A model generated the notes under the pieces. That model saw only the letters and a list, made by a program, of their open reading frames with translations. It did no database searches and was not told where the DNA came from. From the human T2T-CHM13v2.0 reference genome, Homo sapiens, in NCBI RefSeq assembly GCF_009914755.1, contig NC_060946.1: a stretch of DNA of 64,000 bases; one strand, given 5' to 3'. Below are positions 14,404 through 37,965 of the stretch, in pieces (position 1 is the first letter of the stretch; each line of letters opens with the position of its first letter). A program made the translations under genes and the position numbers.

Positions 14404-16960
14404 TTTTTTTTTGAGTCAGGGTCTCACTCTGTCACCCAGTTGCAGTGCAGTGGTGTGATCGTAGCTCACTGCAGTCTCAAATTCCTTGGCTCAAGTGGTT
14501 CTCCTGTCTAAGCTCCCCAAGCAGCTGGAAGTACAGGTACAGGTCACCATACCTGGCTAAAGTTTTTAGAGATGGGGGCTTGCTATGTTGCCCAGGCTGG
14601 TTGCAAACTTCTGACCTCAAGTGATCCTGTGCCATGGTCTCTCATGTCTTGGGTCAATTTTGATTTTTTTTTTTTTTTTGAGACAGAGTCTCACTCTGTC
14701 GCCCAGGCTGGAGTGCAGTGGTGCTATATTGGCTCTCTGCAACTTCCGGCTCCCAGATTCAGGCAATTCTTCTACCTCAGCCTCCTGAGTAGCCAGGATT
14801 ACAGATGTGTGCCACCACGCCCGGCTGATTTTTTTTTTTTTTTTGGTATTTTTTTTAGTAGAGATGGGGTTTCACCAGGTTGGCCAGGCTGGTCTCGAAC
14901 TCCTGACCTCAGGTGATCCACCCACCTCGGCCTTCCAAGTGCTGGGATTACAGGCATGATCCATTGCGCCTGGCGAATTTTGATTTTTTTAATGTAGAAA
15001 AAGTGCCAGGTGAGATGGCTCACACCTATAATCTTAGCATGTTGGGAGGCTGAGGTGGGAGGATCCCTTGAAGCCTAGAGTTCAAGACCATCCTGGGCAA
15101 CACAGAAAGGTCCCCATCTCTACAAAAAGCTTTTTAAAAAATTAGCCAGGCATGTGGCACATACCCGTAGTTTCGGGTACTCAGAAGACTGAAGCAGGAG
15201 GATCACCTGATCCCAGGAGTTTGTGGCTTCAGTGAGCTATGATTGTGCCACTGCACTCCAACCTGGGGAACAGGGCCAGATTCTGTCTCAAAAAAAAAGG
15301 GAAGGAAACAAAAAAAATTGAGTTACAAATCAGTGCTGATTCTAACCCTGATTTTTTTCAACCCAGACTTGAGTCAAAGCCTTTCCAGAAATGTGTCTGT
15401 GTAGTTTCAATTCTTCAGGTTTGGGACAACCGATGTCAAACGTCCTTACCATTTCCTTCTAATGGCCTGTTCTTGCCTTAACCATGTGCCTGCTGCTCTG
15501 AGAATTCCTGTCAGCACTGGATCTGTCATTCTAAAAGAAATAGAATGTCATATGGCATTATCCTGCCTGAATATACACTTACTTGTCACAATGTATGGTC
15601 ATTATCAGAAGCCCCTAGTCTTGTGGGAATGCCATGGGCTTTGGAATCAGTTCAGGGTTGGGACCAAATCCTGTGTCTATCAATGTGAGATCCTGGACAA
15701 GATTCTGAGTCAAAGAATCATAAACGATCAATCAATAACAAGCCTGGGATGGGCATGATGGTTCACGCCTATAACCCCAGGACCTCGGGAGGCCAAGGCA
15801 GGTGGATCACCTGAGGTCAGGAGTTCGAGACCACCCTGGCCAACATGGCAAAACCTGTCTTTACTAATAATACAAAAATTTGGCCGGAGTTGGTAGCTCA
15901 TGCCTGTAATCCCAGAACTTTGGGAGGCCGAGGCAGGCAGATCACCTGAGGTCAGGAGTTCGAGATCAGTCTGGCCAACATGGTGAAACCCTGTCTCTAC
16001 TAAAAATACAAAAATTAGCCGGGCATAGTGGTATGCACTTGTAATCCCAGCTACTCAGGAGGCTGAGGCAGGAGAATCACCTCCAGGAGAACCCAGAGGC
16101 AGAGGTTGCAGTGAGCCGAGATCGTGCCATTGCACTCCAGCCTGAGCAACAAGAGTGAAACTCTGTGTTGTAAAAGATAGAAGAAAAATTAGCTGGATGT
16201 GGTGGTGCTCACCTGTAACCTCAGCTACTCGGGAGGCTGAGGCAGGAGAATCGCTTGAACCAGAAAGCGGAGGTTTCAGTGAGCCGAGACCATGCCAATG
16301 CATTCCAGCCTGGGTGACAGAGCGAGACTCTACCTCAAAAAAACCCAAAAAACAAAAAAACAAAGAAAAACAATTAGCCTGAATTGAATATTCTATCTTC
16401 TATTCCTTAACTGTTGTTATCTGTTATCACTAGTATAATCTGACTAGCCCAGATTTTATTCTGAGCTTTGAGGGAAATAGTTTTGAAGACTTATAGTTCA
16501 AGGAAAATCTTTCCCTAGGCTCAGACTTGTGTTTTTGTGAAATGGGGCTAACGTCTACCCCGCAAGGCCATCATGAACATAAGCTGAGATGACAGACCTA
16601 AGGGAAAGGCCTTGCACAGAGAAGGACTCCATCAGTGCCAGTTCTGTTCTTCACAACCCCTTGGTTTTTTGTTTTTAATTGAGGAACAACATCTATGCTG
16701 AAAAATGCACAAAGATTAAGCATAGAGCTTGGAGAATTTTCACAAACAGCATAGGTGTCTATGTAACCAGCCCCCAGATCTGGAAATACAGCATAGCCGG
16801 GCATGGTGGTGGGCACCTGTAGTCCCTGCTATTCTGGAGGCTTAAGCAAGAGGATAGATAGCTTGAGTCCAGGAGCTCAGGGATGAAGTGAGCTATGATT
16901 GAGCCACTGCACTCCAGCCTGGTGACACAGTACGATCCCATTTCTAAATAAATAAATACA
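14404..16960. mobile_element. Alu cluster in LRRC74B intron 8 (about 7 elements, both orientations)
   Basis: 14404-14630 -, 14665-14975 -, 15005-15300 +, 15750-16375 + (nested), 16796-16960 +. Confidence 0.85.
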
Positions 16961-17148
16961 GCAGGCCTCTAAACATCCCCCATTGTCCCCTTCTCTCCTG
17001 GATCTTACTAGTTTGCGGGTATGAGACTGTCATCCACAGGGGAGAAGCTGCCCGAAGGAGCTTCTCTGAGACCTTGCGTGTGTGAGTGAAAAATGGTGAA
17101 GTTCTCAGATAGTAACAAAGTTCATCCTTGTAATGGGTGTCTCCTTAG

Positions 17149-17304
17149 GATATCCAGGTGAACGCAGAGTTTGATGGCCTTGCTAGCTCAGTGAGGGGAA
17201 TTCTTCCAGAACTCTGCATAAAGACTGGCGCTTGCAGAGTGGAGTATAAAAAGGAGTTGCTGCCAGTCTTCAGATCAGCCCTGCCAGCGTCTGTCCCTAA
17301 GTGA
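17149..17304 (+). CDS. LRRC74B: LRRC74B exon 9 (last coding exon)
   Basis: cttag|DIQVNAEFDGLASSVRGILPELCIKTGACRVEYKKELLPVFRSALPASVPK*, TGA at 17302-17304. The nine exons sum to 392 aa with consistent phases. Confidence 0.9.
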   Translation, partial: DIQVNAEFDGLASSVRGILPELCIKTGACRVEYKKELLPVFRSALPASVPK

Positions 17305-17628
17305 CCTTGGAGTGTGGCTTCCTCATCTCCAATCAGCTGCTTTGACCTCCAGGGTGAGGAGCTCTTTGACTCACGAGGCCTTGTTACCACTTGTGTCTGC
17401 ACTGAGTCCTCACGTCAGCCGTGTGCTAAGTCCACACGGTGCTCACACACCTGTACCCTCCTCTGTGCCCCACGGACCCTGCACTCATCTGGGCCTTCAT
17501 GTGCTCTCACTCATTCCTGTCACACAAACCCCTACTAAGTACTGCACATTGAACTGGGCATGGTATCCAAGATGCCCAAGCAAGTCCCTGCCCTCCCCAT
17601 GTTCATGTTCTGGTGACCTCAGGAAACT

Positions 17629-17634
17629 ATTAAA
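17629..17634 (+). terminator. Candidate LRRC74B poly(A) signal
   Basis: First ATTAAA after the stop codon. Later AATAAA at 18652 and 18789 lie inside an old L1 3' end. Confidence 0.3.
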
Positions 17635-17821
17635 ATGTAAGGAGGGGTGCACACTCTACTTTTGAGAATGCAAACGGGCACAGCCTTTTTGGAAGGCAGT
17701 TTATCATCATGCACTGAGAGCCTCAAAACTGCCTGTGCCCTTTGATACAATCATTTGACTAATGTGCTCTAGAGAAATAACCAGAGATGTATAAAAGATT
17801 GATGCCTAAAGATGCTCATGG

Positions 17822-22107
<4,286 letters not shown>

Positions 22108-22234
22108 CTGATAGGCAGACACACTTTGTTCTCATTCTCTTTTTTTTTTTCTGTCACCACAGAATATTTTGCATGCCATAGAGTTTCAAACTGTCTTGAA
22201 ATGAACGGGTTCACATTTATGTTCTGGTTCACAG

Positions 22235-22455
22235 AGTGAGTATCTCTATCCACGTGGGGCAGGCAGGTGTCCAGATAGGCAACGCCCGCTGGGAACTGTA
22301 CTGCCTTGAACTTGCAATTCAGCCTGACGGTCAAATGCCAAGTGACAAAACCATCGGTGGTGGGGATGACTCCTTCAACATGTTCTTCAGTGAGATTGGG
22401 GCTGGCAAGCACGTGCCCAGAGCAGTGTTTGTGGACCTGGAGCCCACTGTGGTTG
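22235..22455 (+). pseudogene. TUBA3GP: Alpha-tubulin 3 unprocessed pseudogene, exon 2
   Basis: [71 protein letters not shown]. Apparent 2-nt loss in the REC codons; donor GT mutated to AT (ataggt). Confidence 0.92.
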
Positions 22456-23153
22456 ATAGGTCCTCGGGCACTGGATGGCAGCTTTCCTGGGAGAGTGGGA
22501 GAGCATTGGTAAAACCCCACGTGCGCTCCTGTGAATCCCCCTGCAGAATGGATGGGATAGACAAGCAAATGCCCATGGCATTGTTAGGGCGGAAACTGAA
22601 AGTTTCATGTTTAGTGTATGTGAGACTCAGCTCCTAATTTAGGATGTATGGGAAAAGCTGCTTTGCCAGCAGTAAGATGGGCTGTGGAGAGATTCCCCTG
22701 TGGCTGCCTCAGCCCTGCACAGGTGGCCCTGCCTGCAGGGTGTGGGGCATTGATTCCCTCCTGAATGCTGTGCACTGTCTCATGCTGGTGCATGAAGAGT
22801 CTTGATGTGCATCTTAGGCGTAGAAGGTAAGTACAGAACATCCATTTCCTTCATCCAGATTAGAAGTCCCAGATAGTTTCCAAAGAGAGCTGCAAAGAGA
22901 TAGTACCTTTCAGTGTCCCCCAGGAGGTGACAATGTCACCTGAAAGCACGTGGGACCCAGGCCACACAGGTTGATGGGACTGCCCTTCAGAAGTCACACT
23001 GACCTGGTGACTGTCCAGTTTGTAAGAGATTTTTAACTTACAGCCTTTGATGTAGTAGCTAAGGGTAGGAAAGATGTATGTACCTGTAGAATTACCAGTG
23101 CTGGGGGACGATGCGAGAGCTTATTTCCCTTCACTGGGAACTGTTTATGCTGA

Positions 23154-23494
<341 letters not shown>

Positions 23495-23723
23495 TGCTGA
23501 CATTTATACAAGAACTGACTTTAACTTCCTAGGGCCTTAAATTGCATTTGTGATTGGTTATCACAGAGACATTTTCTACCAGACACCGCCACTGTTGACC
23601 TACAACATGTAGCTCATGTACTTTGAACAGCATGTACTTTGTAGAAGTGAACAGTCCTGGAACGTGTTCACCTTGGTGTACAGTAGGCCTTAAAGACTCA
23701 CAGCACATGTGGTCTCTTTGTAG

Positions 23724-23865
23724 GTGAAGTGCACACAGGGACCTACAGGCAGCTCTTCCACCCAGAGCAGCTGATCAGTGGGAAGGAAGATGCAGCCAAT
23801 AATTACTCCAGAGGCCATTATACCATCGGCAAGGAGACCTTGTCCTGGACCGGATCCACAAACTG
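23724..23865 (+). pseudogene. TUBA3GP: Alpha-tubulin 3 pseudogene, exon 3
   Basis: [37 protein letters not shown] / LVLDRIHKL|gtaaga; frameshifting 7-nt deletion (IVD lost). Confidence 0.92.
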
Positions 23866-24188
23866 GTAAGAAGAGAAGGCTTCATGTGGACGTTGTCCTG
23901 CACAGGAGAATAGGCCTTGGATGGTGAAAGGAAGGTCATTTTCGCAGCACTTAGAGCAGCATCTTGAGTCCGACTAAGTCTGCAACGTCTTACTATGAAG
24001 TATGCGTGGTGATTTGTGCATAGATCTGTATTGTCTGCTTTTCTCTGCTTCAAAGTGTGATGCGTGTTCATTATGGATAGTCTGAATCCGTAGCAACTCT
24101 CAGAGGCAAAGAGAAGTGGCCCCGGCTTGGTGGAGGTTGGTGGTGTGGCTCCCACGGGCATTGGCTCACATTGTCTGGTTTCTCTCAG

Positions 24189-24849
24189 GCTGATCTGTGC
24201 ATGGGACTGCAGGGCTTCCCCATCTTCCACAGCTTTGGGGGCGGCACCGTCTCTGGGTTCATGTCTCTGCTCATGGAGCGGCTCTCGGTGGACTACGGGA
24301 AGAAGTCCAAGCTGGAGTTTGCCATTTGCCCAGCCCCCCATGTCTCCATGGCTGTGATGGAGCCCTGCAACTCCATCCTGACCACCTACACGACCCTGGA
24401 ACATTCTGACTGTGCCTTCATGGTCGACATGTCAGTGCAACCTGGACATCGAGTGTCCCATGTACACCAACCTCAGTCGTCTGATTGGGCAGATCGTGTC
24501 CTCCATCACGGCCTCCCTGTGATTCGTTGGGGCCCTGAATGTGTACTTGACAGAATTCCAAACCAACCTGGTGCCGTACACCCACATCCACCTCCCCCTG
24601 GCCACCTATGCCTTGATCATCTCAGCCGAGAAGGCCTACCACGAGCAGCTGTCCGTGGCCGAGATCGCCAGTGCCCACTTCGAGCCAGCCAATCAGATGG
24701 TCAAGTGTGACCCTCACCATGGCAAGTACATAGCCTGCTGCATGTTGTACCGAGGGGATGTGGTCCCGAAAGATGTCAGTGGGGCCATCGCCACCATCAA
24801 GAGCAAGCGCACCATCTAGTTTGCAGGTTGGTGCCCGACTGGATTGAAG
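24189..24849 (+). pseudogene. TUBA3GP: Alpha-tubulin 3 pseudogene, exon 4
   Basis: [24 protein letters not shown]... The GGGTGSG signature has decayed to GGGTVSG; a 20-nt deletion removes NEAIYDI near 24428; stops TGA 24520-24522 and TAG 24817-24819; donor reads GG. Confidence 0.93.
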
Positions 24850-25728
24850 GGAGGACTGGGTGATGTGGAGTCCTTGTGCCATCAGGAAGCAGCAGATCTG
24901 CAGAATAATGCTGCCCCCAAAGGCCCGCATCCTTTGCGGTTGCTTGTCTGGAACCGTCACCCTGCCCCTGTTCCATGGGCTAGGCTCATGGGCATAAATC
25001 AATGAACCAGAGTGATAATTAATTCAGTGGTGTCTTTTGAACTTCCTTTGTGAGTCATCACACTATGTATCTGTGGTGAGGTTTTTGTGTTTTTTTAAGA
25101 AAAAGGTATTTTTTGGAGGATTTTGGTGCCCCTTGCTTGGACAGCAGAATTTGTGTGGAAAAGATAGGTTGAACTTAGTAGAAATTTTATGGGCATTTTG
25201 GGGAATCATGTGGGTGGTGTATATATTTTAACTTGGGCATTATTATAAACTGCTCTCACTAAGTCTTGCTTCATCTAAGTATGTCCAGGTTGTGCCGACA
25301 TGTGTCATAGGTGGCTTCGTTATCACCCATGAAGGCACAGTCAGAATGTTCATCTGTAGAAATTATACCCAATTTAAATGTCTTTTGGAGTGTTTGATTT
25401 AAAGAAAGACTATCAAGAATCTTTTTGTGACGAAAACAGCACCATCTTTATTTCTCTTTTGGGAAGCCTAGTAATGTTGGCCTGTGTTTGCCTCAGACAG
25501 AAAATCTGTCCCCACCTTCCACTGACACATGAAAGAAACCTTGCTGTCCCCTTTCAGCTTTTCCAGGAGTTGGTGACTAAATCCTGTCGCTTCTCCCTCT
25601 GCTGGACCTCTGCGTCCTCTGCTTTGCTTTCCCTCCCTCCTCTGGCTCAGACATCCACTGCCTCTGGGGAGACCACTGCAGTCAGCTCTAAGTGGGAATT
25701 CCTACTCTGGGCTTCTCCTTCTCTCCTT

Positions 25729-25933
25729 CAGGGGTGAGCATGGCTGCTGGACTAGCCGCCCAATTTTGTAAATAAGGTTTTGTCTGAACACAGCCACCAC
25801 ACCCCTTCATCGCAGATCAATTTTGCTGTCCAGCCTCAGAGTGGGGTAGGTGTGACAGAGTCCATGTGCCTGTAAGGCCTAGAATTTGTATGATCTTGTC
25901 ACTTATAGAACAGGCTTGCTGACCCCTGCTCTA
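25729..25933. mobile_element. MER58-like hAT DNA transposon
   Basis: CAGGGGT...TTTGTAAATAAGGTTTT..GAACACAGCCAC...GCTGACCCCTG terminal inverted repeats. Confidence 0.65.
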
Positions 25934-26573
25934 GTTGACCCCATGCACTACTCAGGATGTGTTATTCTCAAGTTCTGAAACTTGGAATGCTTCCCTTTTG
26001 GTTCCCACCTTGGAATGTCACTTCCTACTCAAGCAAGCACATGGACTACTCTTGCTGCTGTGGTAGCTCCATTCAAGTGATCTTTGACCTGTCACCTTTG
26101 CATATTTCACAGTGGCTTGTTTGGTGGGACAGCAGGGGGTATGACCTTCCCCGTGGTATCACAGTTGTGTACTCACAATCTATCTGGGTGGAAAAAGTTG
26201 AGCTACAGAATTTCATTACTATCTTGTAAAACCCTTTGGAGTAAATAATCTATAAAGAAGACAAGTAGTGTACATTTTCAGAGGGAAGACAGTCTTTACC
26301 TGGGCACCTATCACATGTCACAGTTGCTAGGACACAGCCCTTCGGGCAGCTTGGGATCCTGCCAGGGTGGCCACCTCCAAGGCTCTTTTCTCTTTATTCC
26401 TTGGCTGGAACCGTCACCCTGCCTGGCACAGAGAAGGGCTTAGTGAGGTTTGTGGGGGTGAACTGAGCATTCTCCTCGTCACCTACAGGGGGTCTTCTGT
26501 TTGAGGAAAGGTAGCCACCATTTCTAGGTTTGATACAAGCTTCACGGACCGCTTTCTTGCCCTTCTCTGGCAG

Positions 26574-26870
26574 GTGGGCATTAACTACCAGCCCCTGACG
26601 GTGGTCCCTGGGGGAAACCTGACCAAGTTGCAATGGGCCATGTGGATGCTAAGCAACATCACAGCCATCACCAAGGCCTGGGCCTGCCTGGACCATAAGT
26701 TTGATCTCATGTATGCCAAGCAGGCCTTTGTGCAATGGTACATGGGGGAAGGCATGGAGGAGGGGGAGTCCTCTGAGGCTCGCAAGGACCTGGCAGCTCT
26801 GGAGAAGGATTATGAAGAGGTGGGCATGGATTCTGTGGAAGCGGAGGCTGAAGAAGGCAAAGAATACTGA
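26574..26870 (+). pseudogene. TUBA3GP: Alpha-tubulin 3 pseudogene, exon 5 (frame still open)
   Basis: gcag|[14 protein letters not shown]...[20 protein letters not shown]. The tail resembles TUBA3C/D ([13 protein letters not shown]). ATTAAA at 26931-26936. Confidence 0.93.
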
Positions 26871-27827
26871 GGGGAGGGTGTGGTGGGCTCTCCTGCCGCC
26901 CCCAGCATGGCTGCTTTCAGGTTGTTTGCAATTAAAGTTTCTCTATAAAACCAAGACCTCTGTGTGTCATGCTGCTTGGCTCTGCCTACAGGAGCAGGTG
27001 GGACCCCAGAGCCTGCATGGACAGTCAGTGGGGTCCCAGCCTGCCCTGCTGGCATGCGGTTGGGGTGCAGCAGGAGTGTATGTACTTAAGGAGCTGCCAT
27101 GGAAGTGACTTGACCCAGGAGAAACAAGCCAAGCGTTGAGTGGATAGGTTTCCTAAATTCTAGGAAAGCTAAGTCAGGGTTTCAACTGAATTTGCAATTT
27201 TTGGGGCTTTTCTATTGATGGGATGTACTGGCTAAAAAGAAGAGCCTAGAAGCAGAGTGTTTAAATCTGAGGTCTATGAATGGGGCGTGTCCATGAAATC
27301 CCTAAAGCTGTAGGTCAAATGTGTAAGGTCAGGACATTTTAGAAGGGGGAAAGTGTTACTGAGTTCTCCACAGTATTTGTGACCCACAGAAGGTCACAAC
27401 ACACCCATCCTGACCCCCCACTGCTCCATGGTAACCTGGAAGGCAGCATTTACCCTCCACGCACACACACGGTCACCTTGCCCCTCAGCATTGTCAACTG
27501 TCTTGGTAGAAAACCTTGCACCTTTCACTTCAAGTGAAGTGTGTTAACATCTGTTTGTAAAAGACCTGGGAATCCAGATATCTTTTCTCAGAACCAAAGT
27601 CAGCTCCAGGAAGTTGACTCAAGGTGAAGTGACCTGGTTAGTTCAGCTGTGGCACAACCAGGACCTGCATAAAAACCTCATTCTATGTTTGTGCCATAAT
27701 ATCATCAAAAAACAGTAGAGAACATATGACCCGGACCCTCTGCATCTCAGAAAGACTTATTATCAACTGAAGGAGACAACACGTAGCCTTTGCTGGGGAC
27801 AGTGGTGTGACAAGTCTCTGGCCCATC

Positions 27828-27988
27828 CTAGGTGCTGCCCCGCACCTGCTGCCTTCTTCCAGGCCCACCCCACTTGGGCAGCCTGGTAGCGCTGGGCTGG
27901 CGGGGTGTCCTCTGGCTGGATCCTTTGCGGCCGCTGCATTCCAACAGGGCCGGCACTCTCCCGAGGGAGGTGCTGTCTTTGTTTCTCC
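27828..27988 (-). pseudogene. MZT2 (MOZART2) relic, last exon
   Basis: tcctcag|GG AGA AAC...: GRNKDSTSLGRVPALLECSGRKGSSQRTPRQPSATRLPKWGGPGRRQQVRGST*, recognisably the MZT2A/B C-terminus (…GSSQRMPRQPSATRLPKGGGPGKSPTxGST). Confidence 0.88.
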
Positions 27989-28465
27989 CTGAGGAGACAC
28001 AAAGCGCAGCCAATAGGAACGGACGAGCCCCGTAACTGCAGCACCTACTGAAGTGTGCTCCTTGAGCAACATTTGTGTCTGCACATTTCCCTCAAAGCCA
28101 CTTCAAGCTGAAAGCCCTGTATCAGTCCTGAGTCCTGAGGCTCAGAACTGCCAAAGGCAGGTCATGCCCCAGAAGCCCTTGGCCACGGGTCCATTTAGGG
28201 AAGGGTAAGGGTGGCTGGTCCATACTTGGCCTGGACAAGGAACCTGGTCTGCCCTGATGGCGCCAAGCAGCAGCAGCAGCAGGGACTTGCCACTTCATCC
28301 TCCAGGTGTGTTCACGCTGAACTGTACATCTGAGCTGCCTTAGATGGTGACAGGCAGGAAACACTCCAGTCACCAAGTACTGGAATTGGGTTTCTGATTT
28401 TGATTTTGGAAGCTCTCACATTGTTTCCTACCTACCCGAGTATTCTGCAAACAGTGGTCAAGCCT

Positions 28466-29361
28466 TGTAGGGAGACACCCTGAAACTATTGCTATGGAAT
28501 AAAAGATGAAATGCTCCTGATTATTGTAAATACAAAATTGCATGCAGGATTGTGTAAAGACAATGCCAGCTTGGACTGCCAGAACGAGCCAACAGCACGT
28601 GATGTCCTTCCACCTGCAGAGAGCCTATGAATGGACGTGCAGTCAGGGAGGTTTCACATCACCAAGATTCCTATCCCAGAAAAGCAGATATTCATAGCTC
28701 TGGGAATGGAATGCAACCCTTGTGGAGAGCCTATAAACGGATGCATGGGGGGCGCCTGTCCATATGGATAAGATACGGCTATAAACGCCCTCATCTTGCC
28801 ACAGCTCTTCTAGGCCTCTTTAGGGTGAAGGCATACTCCCTTCTGAGAATTTCTGGTCTAACCAGTTGTCTAGCTTCACGTCCTGTTTCCATGGATTGTT
28901 TGTAACCAGCTTTTGTTGCAATTGTTACTGCTGATTAATATCTTGCTAATCATAGGTTATGGAAAGACTGTGTTTCTGTTCTAAGACTCTGTTAGAAATT
29001 ACTGATGCACACACTATATTGTAAATTCTTATCTTTGTATACCGTACTTCTACATACAAATGTACTGTACTTCTACATACAAATGCTATGTTAAAGAATT
29101 ACTTCATCCCCATGTGACCATCTCACCTCATAATCAAATGACCCTAAATCCCTCACTAACCTACCCCCGCCCTCACTAAACTTAATAGTAAATGCTGGTA
29201 TATCCAGTGCATTGTTGGCACCATGGGACCAGAAGGCAGTGACCCCCTGGACCCAGCTTTCACTATCTTGTGTGTGTCTATTATTTCTCAACCTGCCAAT
29301 CCACCTAGGAGCAAAGAGAGAGCCCCATTGCATTGCGGGCTGCTGGCCAGATCCCTCAATA
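28466..29361 (+). mobile_element. Solo ERVK LTR, MER11D-type (HML-7)
   Basis: Starts TGTAGGGAGACACCCTGAAACTATTGCTATGG; 896 bp; perfect 6-bp TSD AAGCCT (28460-28465 and 29362-29367). Confidence 0.85.
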
Positions 29362-29789
29362 AAGCCTCTCACTCTGGAGTTTAGCTACTGGATTCCATGA
29401 CTGGGTTCCTCCCGTGGTCTGAATGCTTGAGACTTTCCTTCTGACCACCAGAGAATCCCAGATGAAGACCACTGGTTCAGATTTCCCTCGATTTGTAATT
29501 TGCTTACTCCTTTTTGTGAAGATAGAAAGATCTGCAACCACACTTGGGCCAGAGCTTTATTTTAACGGGATGGATTTCCCTGGACTTGGTGTTGTCAGCA
29601 TCAGCAAGACCGAGAGGACCCTCTAGAGGACAAATGTGCTTGGGTAGAAGGCTTGCCCATGGGGTCACAGCCCCCCATGTGGAGTACCTTGGCCAGGGCT
29701 CTCCTTTGCTCTGGCCTGGTAGAGTCTGCCCCATGGGCTCTAACCAGGGCATGTGTCCCCTGCTTGACTCACAGTGTTGGGTCTCCCAT

Positions 29790-30296
29790 TTTGTCCCCCC
29801 AGCTTTGTCCTGACCAAGAGTGTGCCTTGACTGCTCTGTGACCTGGTCAGCTGTATGTTCCCCCTGCAGGCTCAAACCCTAGCTGGGGCCTTGCTTCTTA
29901 CCAGACACTGATAAACATGTTGTTTGTTGCCTGAAACAGTAAAAGATCTGACATGTTGCTAAGCATGTGGAAACTGGCCCCGCCCCAGCCAAATTCCTTG
30001 CACCCTTATATAAACTCCACACTCCACCCCCTCACTGCAGCATGCCTAGGCAGAACCTCCATCCTTGCCGTCCCTCGTGAGGCCATACTGCAGCCTTGTG
30101 TGTATGGAAGTTCCCCTAACACATGCTTTGGACTGACCACCCTCACATTAAGTGCTTCTTCCTTTGGAATTCCAACTGGCTCTCATCCCAACTGGCTCTC
30201 AGTCACCCAAGTGGAAGGTCTGGGGCAGTCCCTTGCGGGAGCTCTCCTGCCACCACTTTTGGGGTGAGACCAGATGACGGTTCAGCCAACAGAACA
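29790..30296 (+). mobile_element. Old ERVL LTR (MER54/MER74-like)
   Basis: TTTGTCCTGACCAAG..TGCCTTGACTGCTCTGTGACC motif and TATATAAA near 30008. Family recognised from memory; the 5' end may extend further. Confidence 0.55.
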
Positions 30297-31219
30297 CTCA
30301 GCCTCAATCCTGGTTCTTCCCTGGCCTCTTACCAAGTTTAGTCAAATCACCTGCAATTGGAAACTGCGCTCTTGAAAAAAAGATGCAACCAGGTGTTTTA
30401 GGGATCCATGAGGACATTTCCGTTTCACCATTTGTCATCTTGAACAAGTGGAGGCTCCTGTGTCTGAGACGCCATGGATCTTGGCTACTCCAGAGGCCAC
30501 TCCAGCTCCCTTTCCATGCCAATACTGAAAAGAAAATTCTCCCCAAATCCCTGCAGGGATAGGATGGCCCTCCTTGTGAGAGTTTCTGGGGAGTTCTTCC
30601 TCAGAGAATGAGATCTTTGCTGCTCGGTGGGTGGTGAAGGTTATGGTGGTGTCACGCTTGGAACTCTGTCAGCTTGGCACACTCAACTCAAGAAAGACGG
30701 AGTCAGGGTTGCCCAGAACCAAGGAGGGGTGCAGCCAGAAGCATGTGGTGGGTGAAGTTTGGCCACCTCAGTCTACCAGTGACTCGTGGAAAAGGCACAA
30801 AGCAGAGAATGGCCACCTCGCATTTCCTTTGGTACAAACTGCCATTATTTTAGTCTCCACTGACTGGTCGGGGGAAGGACCCCATCTCCCATGAGCAGAT
30901 GAGCCCCACCACCCTGCAGCAGCTCCCACAATGGGCCAGCATCCTCCTCTGAGGCCACAGTCCCTCTGCGGGCCAGGCCAGACAGAGTCAGAGCGTCTGT
31001 AGCCGCGGTGTTTAGGTGTCCCCGTGCTCTCAGGGTGACTAATGTCCAGCTCCCCACAGCACACGGCAGGGCAGTCTGCAGACCTGGGCCTGACTCAGAG
31101 CTGGCTTCCCTTCAGCTTGGCACCATCTGAGCTTCCTCTCTTCCCCTCAGTAATGACTCGGTCCCTTCTGGAAACAAGGATGAGAGGGAAGCAGAAAGGA
31201 GGAAGTAAGGGTTTTGAAA

Positions 31220-37345
<6,126 letters not shown>

Positions 37346-37656
37346 AAAGTCGTCTTGATTCCTGACTTTGTGGAATGGAGGCATGAGTGAAGAGGTGGGG
37401 AGAGGCTGAGGAGGAGGAGCCCTAGCCCACCTGGAGCACCGTGGGGCACGCACTCTGCGTCCACCTGGCCTGGACATGCCTCCTAAGGATAACAGCGAAG
37501 CCAGGGAGCAGAGCCCACGGATGGGCCCTGCAGCTGCTGGGCTGAGACCGACAGACAGGCGTGGTCACTCCGGGCCATGCTGGCGCTGTGCTGCCCCTGC
37601 CCCTCTCCACCCCACCTCCCGACCACTGGGGCAGGGACAATGGGCCCGGCTCTGAC

Positions 37657-37782
37657 TTCGGGCACGCTCGTCGTGTGCAGAGACACGGCCGCAGAGTCCT
37701 GGGGCTCGCTCGCCATCCTCTGCCCGGCACACATCGACTTGAGCATCTGGAAGACGGCCACGGGGGCCACGTTCAACTTCAC
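37657..37782 (-). pseudogene. MZT2 (MOZART2) relic, 5'-truncated exon 2
   Basis: VKLNVAPVAVFQMLKSMCAGQRMASEPQDSAAVSLHTTSVPE|gtcaga versus recalled MZT2 LKLNVAPLAVFQMLKSMCAGQRLASEPQDPAAVSLPTSSVPE. Confidence 0.9.
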
Positions 37783-37961
37783 CTGGCTCTGAAGCTGGCC
37801 GCTGTGGGCTGCATGAGAATGGTGTTTCTATAAAACATGGGAATTGCTGGTCAGACACAGTGACTCATGCCCGCAATCCTACCATTTTGGGAGGCTGAGG
37901 CGGGAGGATCGCTTGAGCCTAGGAGTTTGAGACCAGCCTAGGGAACACAGCAACACCTCAT

Positions 37962-37965
<4 letters not shown>

